This document shows positions 1-8,626 of a DNA stretch of 9,544 nt, piece by piece (within the stretch, counting starts at the first letter, position 1; every line of letters begins with the position of its first letter). This DNA is from Octopus sinensis (lineage: Eukaryota). The translations under genes were made by a program, and so were the position numbers. The stretch is from positions 1-9,544 of the forward strand of contig NW_021827914.1 in assembly GCF_006345805.1 (NCBI RefSeq). Reading direction: 5' to 3'. The notes under the pieces were generated by a model. That model saw nothing but the letters and a program-made list of their open reading frames with translations, had not been told where the DNA came from and did no database searches.

Positions 1-122
1 GTTCGTAGAAAGTCTGGAAAATAATGGTCTTTATTTGAGGAATATTTTTTGTTTTTTTGTTAGTACTTGGCGAGTAAAAATTCAATTTTCGCAAGTGTTT
101 ACTGAACTTTTGGGACAACCTA

Positions 123-125
<3 letters not shown>
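1..125 (+). mobile_element. 3' end and terminal inverted repeat of a mariner-like DNA transposon (runs off the window start)
   Basis: 104-125 reverse-complements to TA-TTAGGTTGTCCCAAAAGTTC, resembling mariner TIRs of the TTAGGTTGGTGCAAAAGT type, with a terminal TA. 14-34 reads LENNGLY, then (1-nt slip) EE, like the mariner C-terminal V.xNGxY.E motif. Confidence 0.55.

Positions 126-155
<30 letters not shown>
123..155. repeat. (TA)n(TG)n microsatellite
   Basis: Direct reading. Confidence 0.95.
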
Positions 156-460
156 ATTTTGTATTTGCTTTGCAAGATCTTTTGATGTAAAACTGTGGAT
201 TGAAACAGATACTGTAATATATTGGGAAGTTTTATTCTGCCAATAAAAACAGTCACACATTCTTGGCAGCAAAAATAGCGCATAGTAAAATGCAAATAGC
301 AAAGACAAGAGAGAAAATCAGTTGCAGAAATGGATGTCAGTTGATAAGGTCACAGATATAGACAAGATGAAAATATCTTTCATAAACGGATAAAAAAAAA
401 AAATCCAGATTAATCAATAATTGAATGATTCGTTAAAGACAAAGAAATGAACTATAAAAA

Positions 461-512
461 ATCCATGTATTTATTGCCAGAATGACCTATCCAAAGTATA
501 ACAATACACCCC
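461..512 (+). repeat. Left copy of a 52-bp direct repeat (right copy 896-947) flanking the SINE at 548-890
   Basis: ATCCATGTATTTATTGCCAGAATGACC(T/A)ATCCAAAGTATAACAATACACCCC. 51/52 identical by manual alignment; both copies continue into (CA)n ending CACATA. Confidence 0.9.
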
Positions 513-547
513 ACACACACTCCTCCTGCACACACACACACACATAC

Positions 548-890
548 TTTTTTTTTTCTTCTCTTTAGCACTCCGTCGGTTACGACGATGAGGGTTCCGG
601 TTGATCCGTATCAACGGAACAGCCTGCTCATGAAATTAACGTGTAAGTGGCTGAGCACTCCACAGACACGTGCACCCTTAACGTAGTTCTCGGGGATATT
701 CAGCGTGACACAGAGAGTGACAAGGCCGGCCCTTTGAAATACAGGTACAACAGAAACAGGAAGTAAGAGTGAGAGAAAGTTGTGGTGAAAGAGTACAGCA
801 GGGATCACCACCATCCCCTGCCGGAGCCTCGTGGAACTTTAGGTGTGTTCGCTCAATAAACACTCACAACGCCCGGTCTGGGAATCGAAA
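548..890 (-). mobile_element. 5'-truncated tRNA-derived SINE (octopus-type family 1)
   Basis: The minus strand starts inside a Pol III B box (TTTCGATTCCC, 890-880) with no A box. It ends in a stem-loop (594-620) and an A-rich tail (548-568). The body matches my recollection of an abundant octopus SINE; assignment among OK/OR1/OR2 was not attempted. Confidence 0.75.
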
Positions 891-895
891 AAATG

Positions 896-947
896 ATCCA
901 TGTATTTATTGCCAGAATGACCAATCCAAAGTATAACAATACACCCC
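896..947 (+). repeat. Right copy of the 52-bp direct repeat (left copy 461-512)
   Basis: 51/52 identical to 461-512. Confidence 0.9.
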
Positions 948-1601
948 CCCCACACACACACATATTAATCAAAGTGTTCTGTATTATATATCTATTACGA
1001 CCGATCATACTAATCAGTTTCACATTTCGTATTAAACTGGATGTTGGATAACAGTATCGTTACGTCATACTGCATGTTCGTTACAGCTGGCAGATGCGAG
1101 AAAATATGGTGGCTACGGTTTTTAGGCACGGAAAAAAAAGGAAATGAACTGAAGAAGGCTTAGGTCAACAAGAATTTTCCACGATTGTGTTAAGGGGTTA
1201 AGAGTTGGTATTCGTGTTGGGTTGGAATGTGTGTAGGGTTATAATATATGCAGAGTTTTCTGAGTGCTAGGGTACTGGTCGGACACCGGAAAGCTTAAGC
1301 CGATGTGTTTGAGTATGTTTTGGTTAAACTATTTGCCGGGTTCTGGGGATATGGTGGTGAATGAGCCGAAGACAAAGAACTACTGGTTATAATCATGATG
1401 GGGCTCATAGGTACGATAAAATATTGCCCCTTTTTATGTGGGCAAGGGCTAAAAATATCACAGTAAAAACAGTATCAATAAAAACAGATTTTATGTCTTT
1501 CTTTTTTGATATAGCATGACTGTATGGTTAAGAAACTCCCTTTTCAACCACATGATTTTGGGCTCACTCCTAGTAAGTGGTACTTTGGGCAAGTGTCTTC
1601 T

Positions 1602-1792
1602 TATTTCTTATTTCTCTATTGCCCGCTAGGGGCTAAACATAGAGGGGACAAACAAGGACAAACAAAGGGATTAAGTCAATTATATCGACCCCAGTGCGTA
1701 ACTGGTACTTATTTAATCGACCCCGAAAGGATGAAAGGCAAAGTGGACCTCGGCGGAATTTGAACTCAGAACGTAGCGGCAGACGAAATACC
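1602..1792 (-). mobile_element. SINE family 3, copy A (5'-truncated, B box only, AAGAAAT-type tail)
   Basis: B box GAGTTCAAATTCC (1767-1755). Collinear with copy B. The tail reads AGAGAAATAAGAAATA on the minus strand. Confidence 0.85.
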
Positions 1793-2017
1793 TATTTCTT
1801 TACTACCCACAAGGGGCTAAACACAGAGAGGACAAACAAGGATAGACAAGCGGATTAAGTCGATTATATCGACCCCAGTATGTAACTGGTACTTATTTAA
1901 TCGACCCCGAAAGGATGAAAGGCAAAGTCGACATCGGCGGAATTTGAACTCAGAACGTAGCGGCAGACGAAATACCGCTAGGCATTTCGTCCGGCGTGCT
2001 ACCGTTGCTGCCAGCTT
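1793..2017 (-). mobile_element. SINE family 3, copy B (near full length, A and B boxes)
   Basis: The head AAGCTGGCAGCAACGGTAG is A-box-like, and the B box GAGTTCAAATTCC is at 1951-1939. The central GCCTTTCATCCTTTCGGGGTCGATTAAATAAGTACCAG block is shared with copy A. Confidence 0.85.
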
Positions 2018-2099
2018 GCAAGTGTCTTCTGCTATAGTCCTGGGCCTACAAATACCTTGTGAGTGAATATAGCAGGCAAGAACTTTGTGGAAGCTTGTC

Positions 2100-2115
2100 G
2101 TATATATATATATAG

Positions 2116-2170
<55 letters not shown>
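2100..2170. repeat. (TA)n(TATG)n microsatellite (internal tract of SINE family 2)
   Basis: Direct reading. Confidence 0.95.
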
Positions 2171-2236
2171 GAGATATATGAATCCAGAGGAATAGCACAC
2201 TCTAAGATGTACACCAGTTAATATTATAATGGGTGA

Positions 2237-3025
<789 letters not shown>

Positions 3026-3049
3026 ACGAAGACTCTCGTGTATATATGT

Positions 3050-3252
3050 ATGTGTGTCTTTGTTTTTGTCCCTCCCCACATCACTTGTTTTTTTTTATGC
3101 CCCCGTAACTTAGCGATTAGACCAAAGAGATAGATGCAATAAGTTAAGTACCAGACTTAAAAATAAGCAGTGGGGGTCAATTTGTTCGACTAAACCCTTC
3201 AAGGTGGTGCCCCATCTTGTCCACATGCCCACGACTGAAACAAGTAAAAGGA
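3050..3252 (+). mobile_element. 3' half of the CORE-type SINE (family 2) begun at 1512
   Basis: ...CCCCGTAACTTAGCG...GGGGTCAATTTGTTCGACTAAACCCTTCAAGGTGGTGC...GACTGAAACAAGTAAAAG is collinear with the reverse complement of 8627-8815. Confidence 0.75.
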
Positions 3253-3291
3253 GATATTAAATCATAATATATAAATTGCTATATTGATGTA

Positions 3292-3518
3292 CGAGGGGCG
3301 CTGAAAAGTTCCTGCTTTGAGTAACAGAAAATACAGGAGGATCAGTTAATTATGGTTTCATTCAACATATTCCCTTCTCAGATTCACACACTTATTGCAG
3401 TGGTCCTTCTGTTTTTCTAAGCCCTGTAAAAAAAAACAAAAAAAAACTCAGAAGGTTGGGCCCTCAACCAGGCCTTTCGCAATACTCTTAAAGCCAGGAT
3501 CTTTTCAGCATCTCTTCG
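3292..3518 (-). mobile_element. Mariner-derived MITE
   Basis: Imperfect ~28-bp TIRs: CGAGGGGCGCTGAAAAGTTCCTGCTTT versus CGAAGAGATGCTGAAAAGATCCTGGCTTT (reverse complement of the right end). TA on both sides (3290-3291, 3519-3520). 3405-3358 (-) encodes DHCNKCVNLRREYVE*, a mariner transposase C-terminus. Confidence 0.85.
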
Positions 3519-3858
3519 TATTTTAGACAAGACGTGTATGGCGCATTAGAAGTCATGCGTGACAGAACTGGCGCATAGAATGTAAAGTAGTGGTCTTCAG
3601 TGATCAAGAAATTTTGTTATTTTTTAAAATCTTTTTTTTTGTGTGTGTGTGTGTATGTGAGCGGTTGTTAATAATTTAAGAAACCTCAATTACGATGACT
3701 CAGATAAAAAATTTCAGCTAATAAAACCACAGTAGTAGCAGTGAAGTGTTCATCGAAATGTTTCCAAGTAAGCCAAATAATTCTCGTTTCTGTTTATCCG
3801 TCCTGGCAAACAGCGGGGGTGTTGTGGTAATTTGTTACTCATCTGCTTTTCTTTACAG

Positions 3859-3900
3859 AAAGCGAACTTAGGTATCATCCTTATGAGCACGCCAGTTCGT
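3859..3900 (+). other. Candidate 42-nt exon of an unidentified host gene
   Basis: Preceded by a branch-like TACTCAT (3836-3842) and CTGCTTTTCTTTACAG, and followed by GTATGT (3901-3906). Two frames are open: KANLGIILMSTPVR or SELRYHPYEHASS. Signal-based only. Confidence 0.3.
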
Positions 3901-4387
3901 GTATGTGTTACTTTAACTATGTTTATGTGAAAAATACATAAACATATAAATATTTTACAAACACGATTTTGATTCAGAATTGTAAATATTTCACTAAAAG
4001 ATGTCCGTGATTGATGGCATATGTGTGTTATGTATCCAAATGTTTGTAAATAACTCAGAGTATCAGGATATTCTATACAAGAATACTAACTTCAGAGTCA
4101 ACATAGATCGTGTAATTCGAACAGTTTTCGTCAATAGACACGAGCTCCCATGTTTCTGTTACCTGTATACTTTAAGAATCTCCCACTCTCTGTATTCCTC
4201 TCTTTTCCTTGCGTTCCTCTCGCCACCCCCACCACCACACAGGTAGCAACCAGTTATACTTTGCTTTTACTATATTTGTTCGACGTCATACGTACATTAA
4301 TGCACACACAGGCACGCACAAACTGTATATATGTAAGTTTATATGCATATATATGTAAATATGTATATATGTATGTGTATATATACA

Positions 4388-4444
<57 letters not shown>
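4388..4444. repeat. (TA)n microsatellite
   Basis: Direct reading. Confidence 0.95.
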
Positions 4445-4526
4445 GCGTCAAATAATACTTTAATTGTTCCACGTCCTCGCGTTGCTGTGTTTTTTTTTCT
4501 GTGTTTTCTTGTTTGGATTAACTTTA

Positions 4527-4569
<43 letters not shown>

Positions 4570-4660
4570 CGTCAAATAATACTTTAATTGTTCCACGTCC
4601 TCGCGGTGCTGTGTTTTTTTTTCTGTGTTTTCTTGTTTGGATTAACTTTATATTTATTTA
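4445..4660 (+). repeat. Tandem duplication: two 92-bp units (4445-4536, 4569-4660) separated by (TA)n, period 124 bp
   Basis: GCGTCAAATAATACTTTAATTGTTCCACGTCCTCGCG(T/G)TGCTGTG...GGATTAACTTTATATTTATTTA, with one substitution between copies. Confidence 0.95.
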
Positions 4661-4695
4661 TATATATATATATATATCTATATATATATATATGA

Positions 4696-4732
<37 letters not shown>

Positions 4733-4750
4733 GTGTGTGTGTGTGTGTGT
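4696..4750. repeat. (TG)n microsatellite
   Basis: Direct reading. Confidence 0.95.
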
Positions 4751-5717
4751 ATGAGTGTTATAGTTTTTATTGAAACTGGAGCCGAGAGTTTGTCTCATGA
4801 CTTGAGTTTCACGCCACTGCGATCTTCAGACCAGAACTGTTACAACCGGTGCATTTGTATCTTGTGGTGCGAGTGTGTGTGTGTGTGTATGTATGTGTGA
4901 GTGTGCGCGCGCGCATGTGTGTGTGTGGGGGGGCTTGTGTTTGTCTTTGATCATTAGTTAACTGCTTATTGATTGGGTGGTGATTTTCTAACCTCTCCAT
5001 TAGTTATTTGAATTATTTGTGCGTGTGTGTGATGAAGCGTTTGCATTTCTAGGAATTAGGAGGATGTATTATTAATTTGTTGGTGAGTTGGGGATGTTTG
5101 TGTGTGTGTGTGTGTGTGTATCTGTGTGTGTATGTGTGTGTGTGAGTGTGCGCGTTAGGTTTTTAAATGAGTGTTGTTTATGAATGGGTTATTTGAAAAA
5201 AATAATTAAGGGCATATCTGTTGTGAGTAGCTGTATCCATAACAAATGGGGCCTTACACAGTTGAGTGATCTGAGGGGATTGTTTTGTGAGTAAAAAATA
5301 TGTTTGGAAAATATTTTTGTGTGTATAAGTGTATATGTATGTGAGCGAGAGTGTGTGGGTACGTGAGTGTGAGCAAGGGAGTATGTGTATGTGCGCGCGC
5401 GTTTGTGTCAGTTCGTATTTCTTTAGAATTTTATCTACATTGTATGTTTGACCTTTGCTCAAGCGTTGGTATGCTTTTGCGTAAATCTACAATGGCTGTT
5501 TGTTGTTCTTGCCAGTGACCATAAAAATAAATAAAAATATGAGTCTGGAAAGAAGGAAGTGGCGAGTTTCTTTATGAATGCTTATTAGTGGGGTTAGCTG
5601 TAAAATTAAGGATATATCTATTGTGGATGGATATCTTTTTAATGAATGGTGTTTTTATGCTTTTCATCTATTTTTTTTCGCTGTGATGAATAAACATGTT
5701 ATTTACATGTGCGTGAG

Positions 5718-5720
<3 letters not shown>

Positions 5721-5753
<33 letters not shown>

Positions 5754-5776
5754 AGAAAGGGAGAAAAAAGAGAGAA
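5721..5776. repeat. (GA)n / purine-rich microsatellite
   Basis: Direct reading. Confidence 0.95.
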
Positions 5777-5975
5777 AGTATGTGCGTGCGTTGGTTTGGT
5801 GTGGCTGTATTGGAATTTTGTTTTCTTCTTTTGAGGGAATATTTGTGCGTGTCTGTGCGTAAGTGTATTGTAGGTGAAAGGTCTGATAGTATATTGCCGT
5901 CTTGTCTGTTCTTTGGCATGCATAAATGTGTGTGTGTGTGTATACATACGCATGCGCATATGAGTGAACTGATAA

Positions 5976-6290
5976 GTAGTTTGAATTATATTTGTGTATG
6001 ACGGTACCTCGTTGGGCTTTTATATCGAGGTTGCGCTTTCCTGTTGCCAGGTTCAGCGTCACGTGAAAGTAGTTTACCACTGAAAAGTTTGTTCCTATAG
6101 TTATTTTTCGGAATCCCCTAATTAGTTTCTTCCTCTTGGGCCTGTCAATGTTTTGAAATATGGCTAAGCCGTTAGCGCTGTAGAGGTATAAACAGCACGT
6201 GGGCGATATTTTGCCTATCCGTTCTAGGATACATAGTCCTACAAGTTCACATGTTTCTGCTCCATCACAGAATCCCATGGTTACATCAAA
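5976..6290 (-). pseudogene. Decayed reverse-transcriptase core fragment of a Penelope-like element
   Basis: FDVTMGFCDGAETCELVGLCIL...LYSANGLAIFQN...ITIGTNFSVVNYFHVTLNLATG...KYNSN aligns by eye to the PLE pattern FDVTMGS.DGAE.CELVGL.IL...GLYRDDGLA.F.N...ITIE.N...VNFLDVT.NL.TG.....SNHP. The catalytic YRDD reads YSAN (6182-6171). FDVT (6290-6279) extends in frame upstream of the tracked ATG. Confidence 0.88.
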
Positions 6291-7033
6291 AAATTATACT
6301 TATCTCAATAACTATTTCATATTATGCATTACATCAGATTTATGAAAAACAATGTGCTGGTGGCTAAGAGAGTAGCCTCTTGAGTATTTGACCCAATTTT
6401 GTCTTTACTGTCTTCTACTGTCTATAGTAAATGCTACAAAATTTAACTGCACCCCCCAGTTTAAACAGTCACCAAACAAAAGGTCCCAGGAAGATAAATG
6501 TGATCTGGTTTCTCATGTATAAGACTTTTGAAAACATCAAATTTAACGTTCAATGCAATCCTTTTACAACTCTCCCACTTGACAATTTCTTAGAGATCAT
6601 GAATAAGAGTAATACATTGTACTGTACGTGTTTCTAGTTAGATACAACCTGATGGGTGAAATGCGCACCTAGGTACCAAACCAGAAATTTTTAAGTCCTT
6701 CTGCATACGTATGATGGGAATTTGGTGCATATGTGAGTGTATGCGTGCGCGTGCGTGTTTGTGTGTGTGAGTATTTTGTGTGTATAGTTAGATGTACAAC
6801 TACCACTGTATGAATTAGAACTCCTCATGGATTATCATTATCTAATCAACTTCCAGTGGTTAGTCTACTACTGTACTTAGTAATGTTACTAGTTATGACA
6901 TATAGAGCATATGGAGGCGAAAATTAAGATAAACACAAGTATAAATTATTAGTTCCTACACATATACGCACATGCGCGCGCGTGTATGTGTGTATACAAA
7001 TACGCACTTAAAAATACTTGTTAATTTTGAAGT

Positions 7034-7091
7034 TAGAGATCTAAGATCGTTTCGACCACCGATCGTCATCAGGTACAGTTGTAGGTCTCTA
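7034..7091 (-). ncRNA. Hammerhead-ribozyme-like motif (minimal type I, probably degenerate)
   Basis: Minus strand: CUGAUGA-C-GAUC-GGU-GGUC-GAAA-CGA-UC (7072-7045), enclosed by a 9/10-bp inverted repeat (7082-7091 with 7034-7043). The proximal part of helix I does not pair. Confidence 0.5.
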
Positions 7092-7098
7092 TTTATAG
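7090..7098 (-). promoter_or_regulatory. TATA-like box upstream of the hammerhead-like motif
   Basis: CTATAAATA on the minus strand, ending 17 nt before the CUGAUGA core. Confidence 0.3.
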
Positions 7099-7326
7099 CC
7101 TGAATTACACAAATCTATTCTGGTCAACATCAGCTATTAAGCTGGTTATAACGTAATAGCTATTAACTTAATAATTCCACCTATAATATAATTATTTTCA
7201 ATAACATTATAGGATATGTGAAAGTTTTAAACAATAAAAATGTTATACTCTACACTCCTTTTTTATGTTTAGTACTAATTATGAGAGCAATCCAGGTCGA
7301 TCGAGCCATTTTCAGTGAAGTAAATA

Positions 7327-7690
7327 CGAGGTTCATTCCAGAATATTTGAGACTTTTTCAGGAGAGATATTTATGAATTTCAAAGAAGTACAAAACTCTA
7401 ATCTCCTTCAAAGTAGGATCCTATGACTTCAAAGCATTTGTTGTAGCGCTCCAGCCACATTGTGAAAGCCCCATGAAAGGCCTCGAAAGTGAAAGTGTCC
7501 AGGACCTTTGTCACAGTCTCCATTTTCTCAAAAAGTCTTTAAGACGGCACCTGAGGTTTCCCTTAAGCTTAGGGAACAACCAAAAGTCACAGTGAGCCAG
7601 GTTTGGACTGCTGGGATGTTGAGGGGCTGTTTTGATGCCCGTTTTTGCGAAGTAGTTAGTTACTTGGATGGAAATGTGGCAGCGGTGTTT
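7327..7690 (-). mobile_element. Mariner (DD34D) transposon relic: 3' third of the transposase plus one TIR
   Basis: The minus strand encodes IQVTNYFAKTGIKTAPQHPSSPNLAHCDFWLFPKLKGNLRCR (YSPDLAPCD motif, decayed). After a frameshift it reads VTKVLDTFTFEAFHGAFTMWLERYNKCFEVIGSYFEGD* (stop 7400-7398). The end is TA-CGAGGTTCATTCCAGAATATTTGAGAC at 7325. Confidence 0.92.
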
Positions 7691-7867
7691 AGTAGGGTGT
7701 GCTCAAAATGCTGTTACAGCCGTCTCCTTCGATTTGGAATTTTAAAAAAAAGTTAGAATGTCAGGTTATTAGATGTATAGTAATAATATGCTAAAATTAC
7801 AATAATCTACGACAGTTATAACTACCTTTCCTAAACAAAGTCACACAACTTCTGGGATGCACCTTCG

Positions 7868-7868
<1 letters not shown>

Positions 7869-7902
<34 letters not shown>
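7869..7902. repeat. (TA)n microsatellite
   Basis: Direct reading. Confidence 0.95.
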
Positions 7903-7906
<4 letters not shown>

Positions 7907-8310
7907 CCGTTCTGTTGTGTGTGTGTGTTTTCTAGGATCTTCGGCATCCTCTATTCGATTGCGCTCAAATTTGATACGTAGATACCGACGGTATCAGGGC
8001 GTGTATAAATCTTGAAAACATTACAAAAATCAATTCCAGGTGAGAATGCGATCGATAAAGCTGTGGGAACGTGCATTTGTATGCGCAAGTACATCAGCTG
8101 TTGCGATCGATACTACACGTACACGAGAAAAATGCACGTGCAGTTTGCGCAAAAAAAGCCGGCCTGTTTGGTGTCTCAAATTTAGGATAAATCAGTGTTT
8201 CTCAAAGGGGAGACCTATGGGACGGTCGGACAAGTTGTTTTGAGAAAATTTGGTATAAATGTTTGACAACTCAGCACCGTCCATTGGACGGGGGGGGGGG
8301 CGTTTTGCTC
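7895..8310 (+). mobile_element. Probable non-autonomous Helitron-like element
   Basis: Begins TATATAAAAT..CTGTTGTGTGTGTG followed by CGATTGCGCTCAAATTTGATA, resembling the head of invertebrate non-autonomous Helitrons. It has a subterminal GC hairpin CCGTCC-ATT-GGACGG (8277-8291). The end reads TTTGCTCA instead of the canonical CTAG. No TIR or TSD was seen. Confidence 0.55.
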
Positions 8311-8346
<36 letters not shown>

Positions 8347-8368
8347 CATACACACACACACATATACA

Positions 8369-8448
8369 CAGAGATAAAGACACACACACAACACAGATAC
8401 ATATATAAGACAGGCTTCTTTCAGTTTCCGTCTACCAAACCCAGTCAC
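8369..8448 (-). repeat. Isolated internal fragment of SINE family 2, near-duplicate of 8819-8901
   Basis: 8391-8448 versus 8844-8901: 54/58 identical by manual alignment. Confidence 0.85.
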
Positions 8449-8626
8449 TAATTATATACTATTTATTTATTATTTCATACTTTATTTAGTTCTATGTAAA
8501 TGTTTCATCGTATCTTTAATTTTTTCCTATATGGTATGATTTAAGTATATCATTGTTGAATTGCTACATGATGGTTCTTCTCTAATTTATATACATATAT
8601 TATGTGTGTGTGTGTGTGTGTGTCTT

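Larger units (their letters stand above)
1512..2100 (+). mobile_element. 5' half of a tRNA-derived CORE-type SINE (family 2), interrupted at 1602-2017 by a SINE dimer
   Basis: Degenerate A box TGACTGTATGGT (1517-1528), degenerate B box GGGCTCACTCC (1560-1570) and CORE-like TTGGGCAAGT (1585-1594). The sequence resumes at 2031 after the duplicated GCAAGTGTCTTCT. It is homologous to the minus-strand copy at 8627-8987. Confidence 0.75.

Noticed and set aside
580-700. SINE 3' region as a self-cleaving ribozyme (GATGA...GAAA hammerhead-like words; GTG(C/T)AAGT and GCTCA twister-sister-like words; HDV-like P1)
   Set aside because: No complete fold could be built for any class. The words are on the strand antisense to the SINE transcript.
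1081-1380. G/T-skewed unique-looking segment, possibly a decayed antisense LINE ORF
   Set aside because: Stops occur in the best frame and no recognisable motif is present.
1524-2214. ORFs 1524-1763, 1817-2200 and 2032-2214
   Set aside because: They are translations of SINE and microsatellite sequence.
3565-3615. KVVVFSDQE resembling the Tc1 W..V.FSDE motif
   Set aside because: Too short, with no flanking transposase similarity or TIR.
4895-4925. Alternating purine-pyrimidine (GC)n/(TG)n tracts (also near 5390, 6740 and 6975) with Z-DNA potential
   Set aside because: Common by-products of (TG)n microsatellites, with nothing to suggest function.
4001-5000. ORFs rich in YI, CV and HT repeats, including the 4770-4860 unique stretch
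   Set aside because: Open frames arise from stop-free dinucleotide repeats. There are no convincing splice signals or homology.
6648-6680. CTGATG-GGTG-AAATGCG-CACC hairpin resembling a hammerhead half
   Set aside because: Lacks A9 and the GAAA strand, and has no helix I or III.
7508-7756. 82-aa + strand ORF
   Set aside because: It is the antisense frame of the mariner transposase relic.
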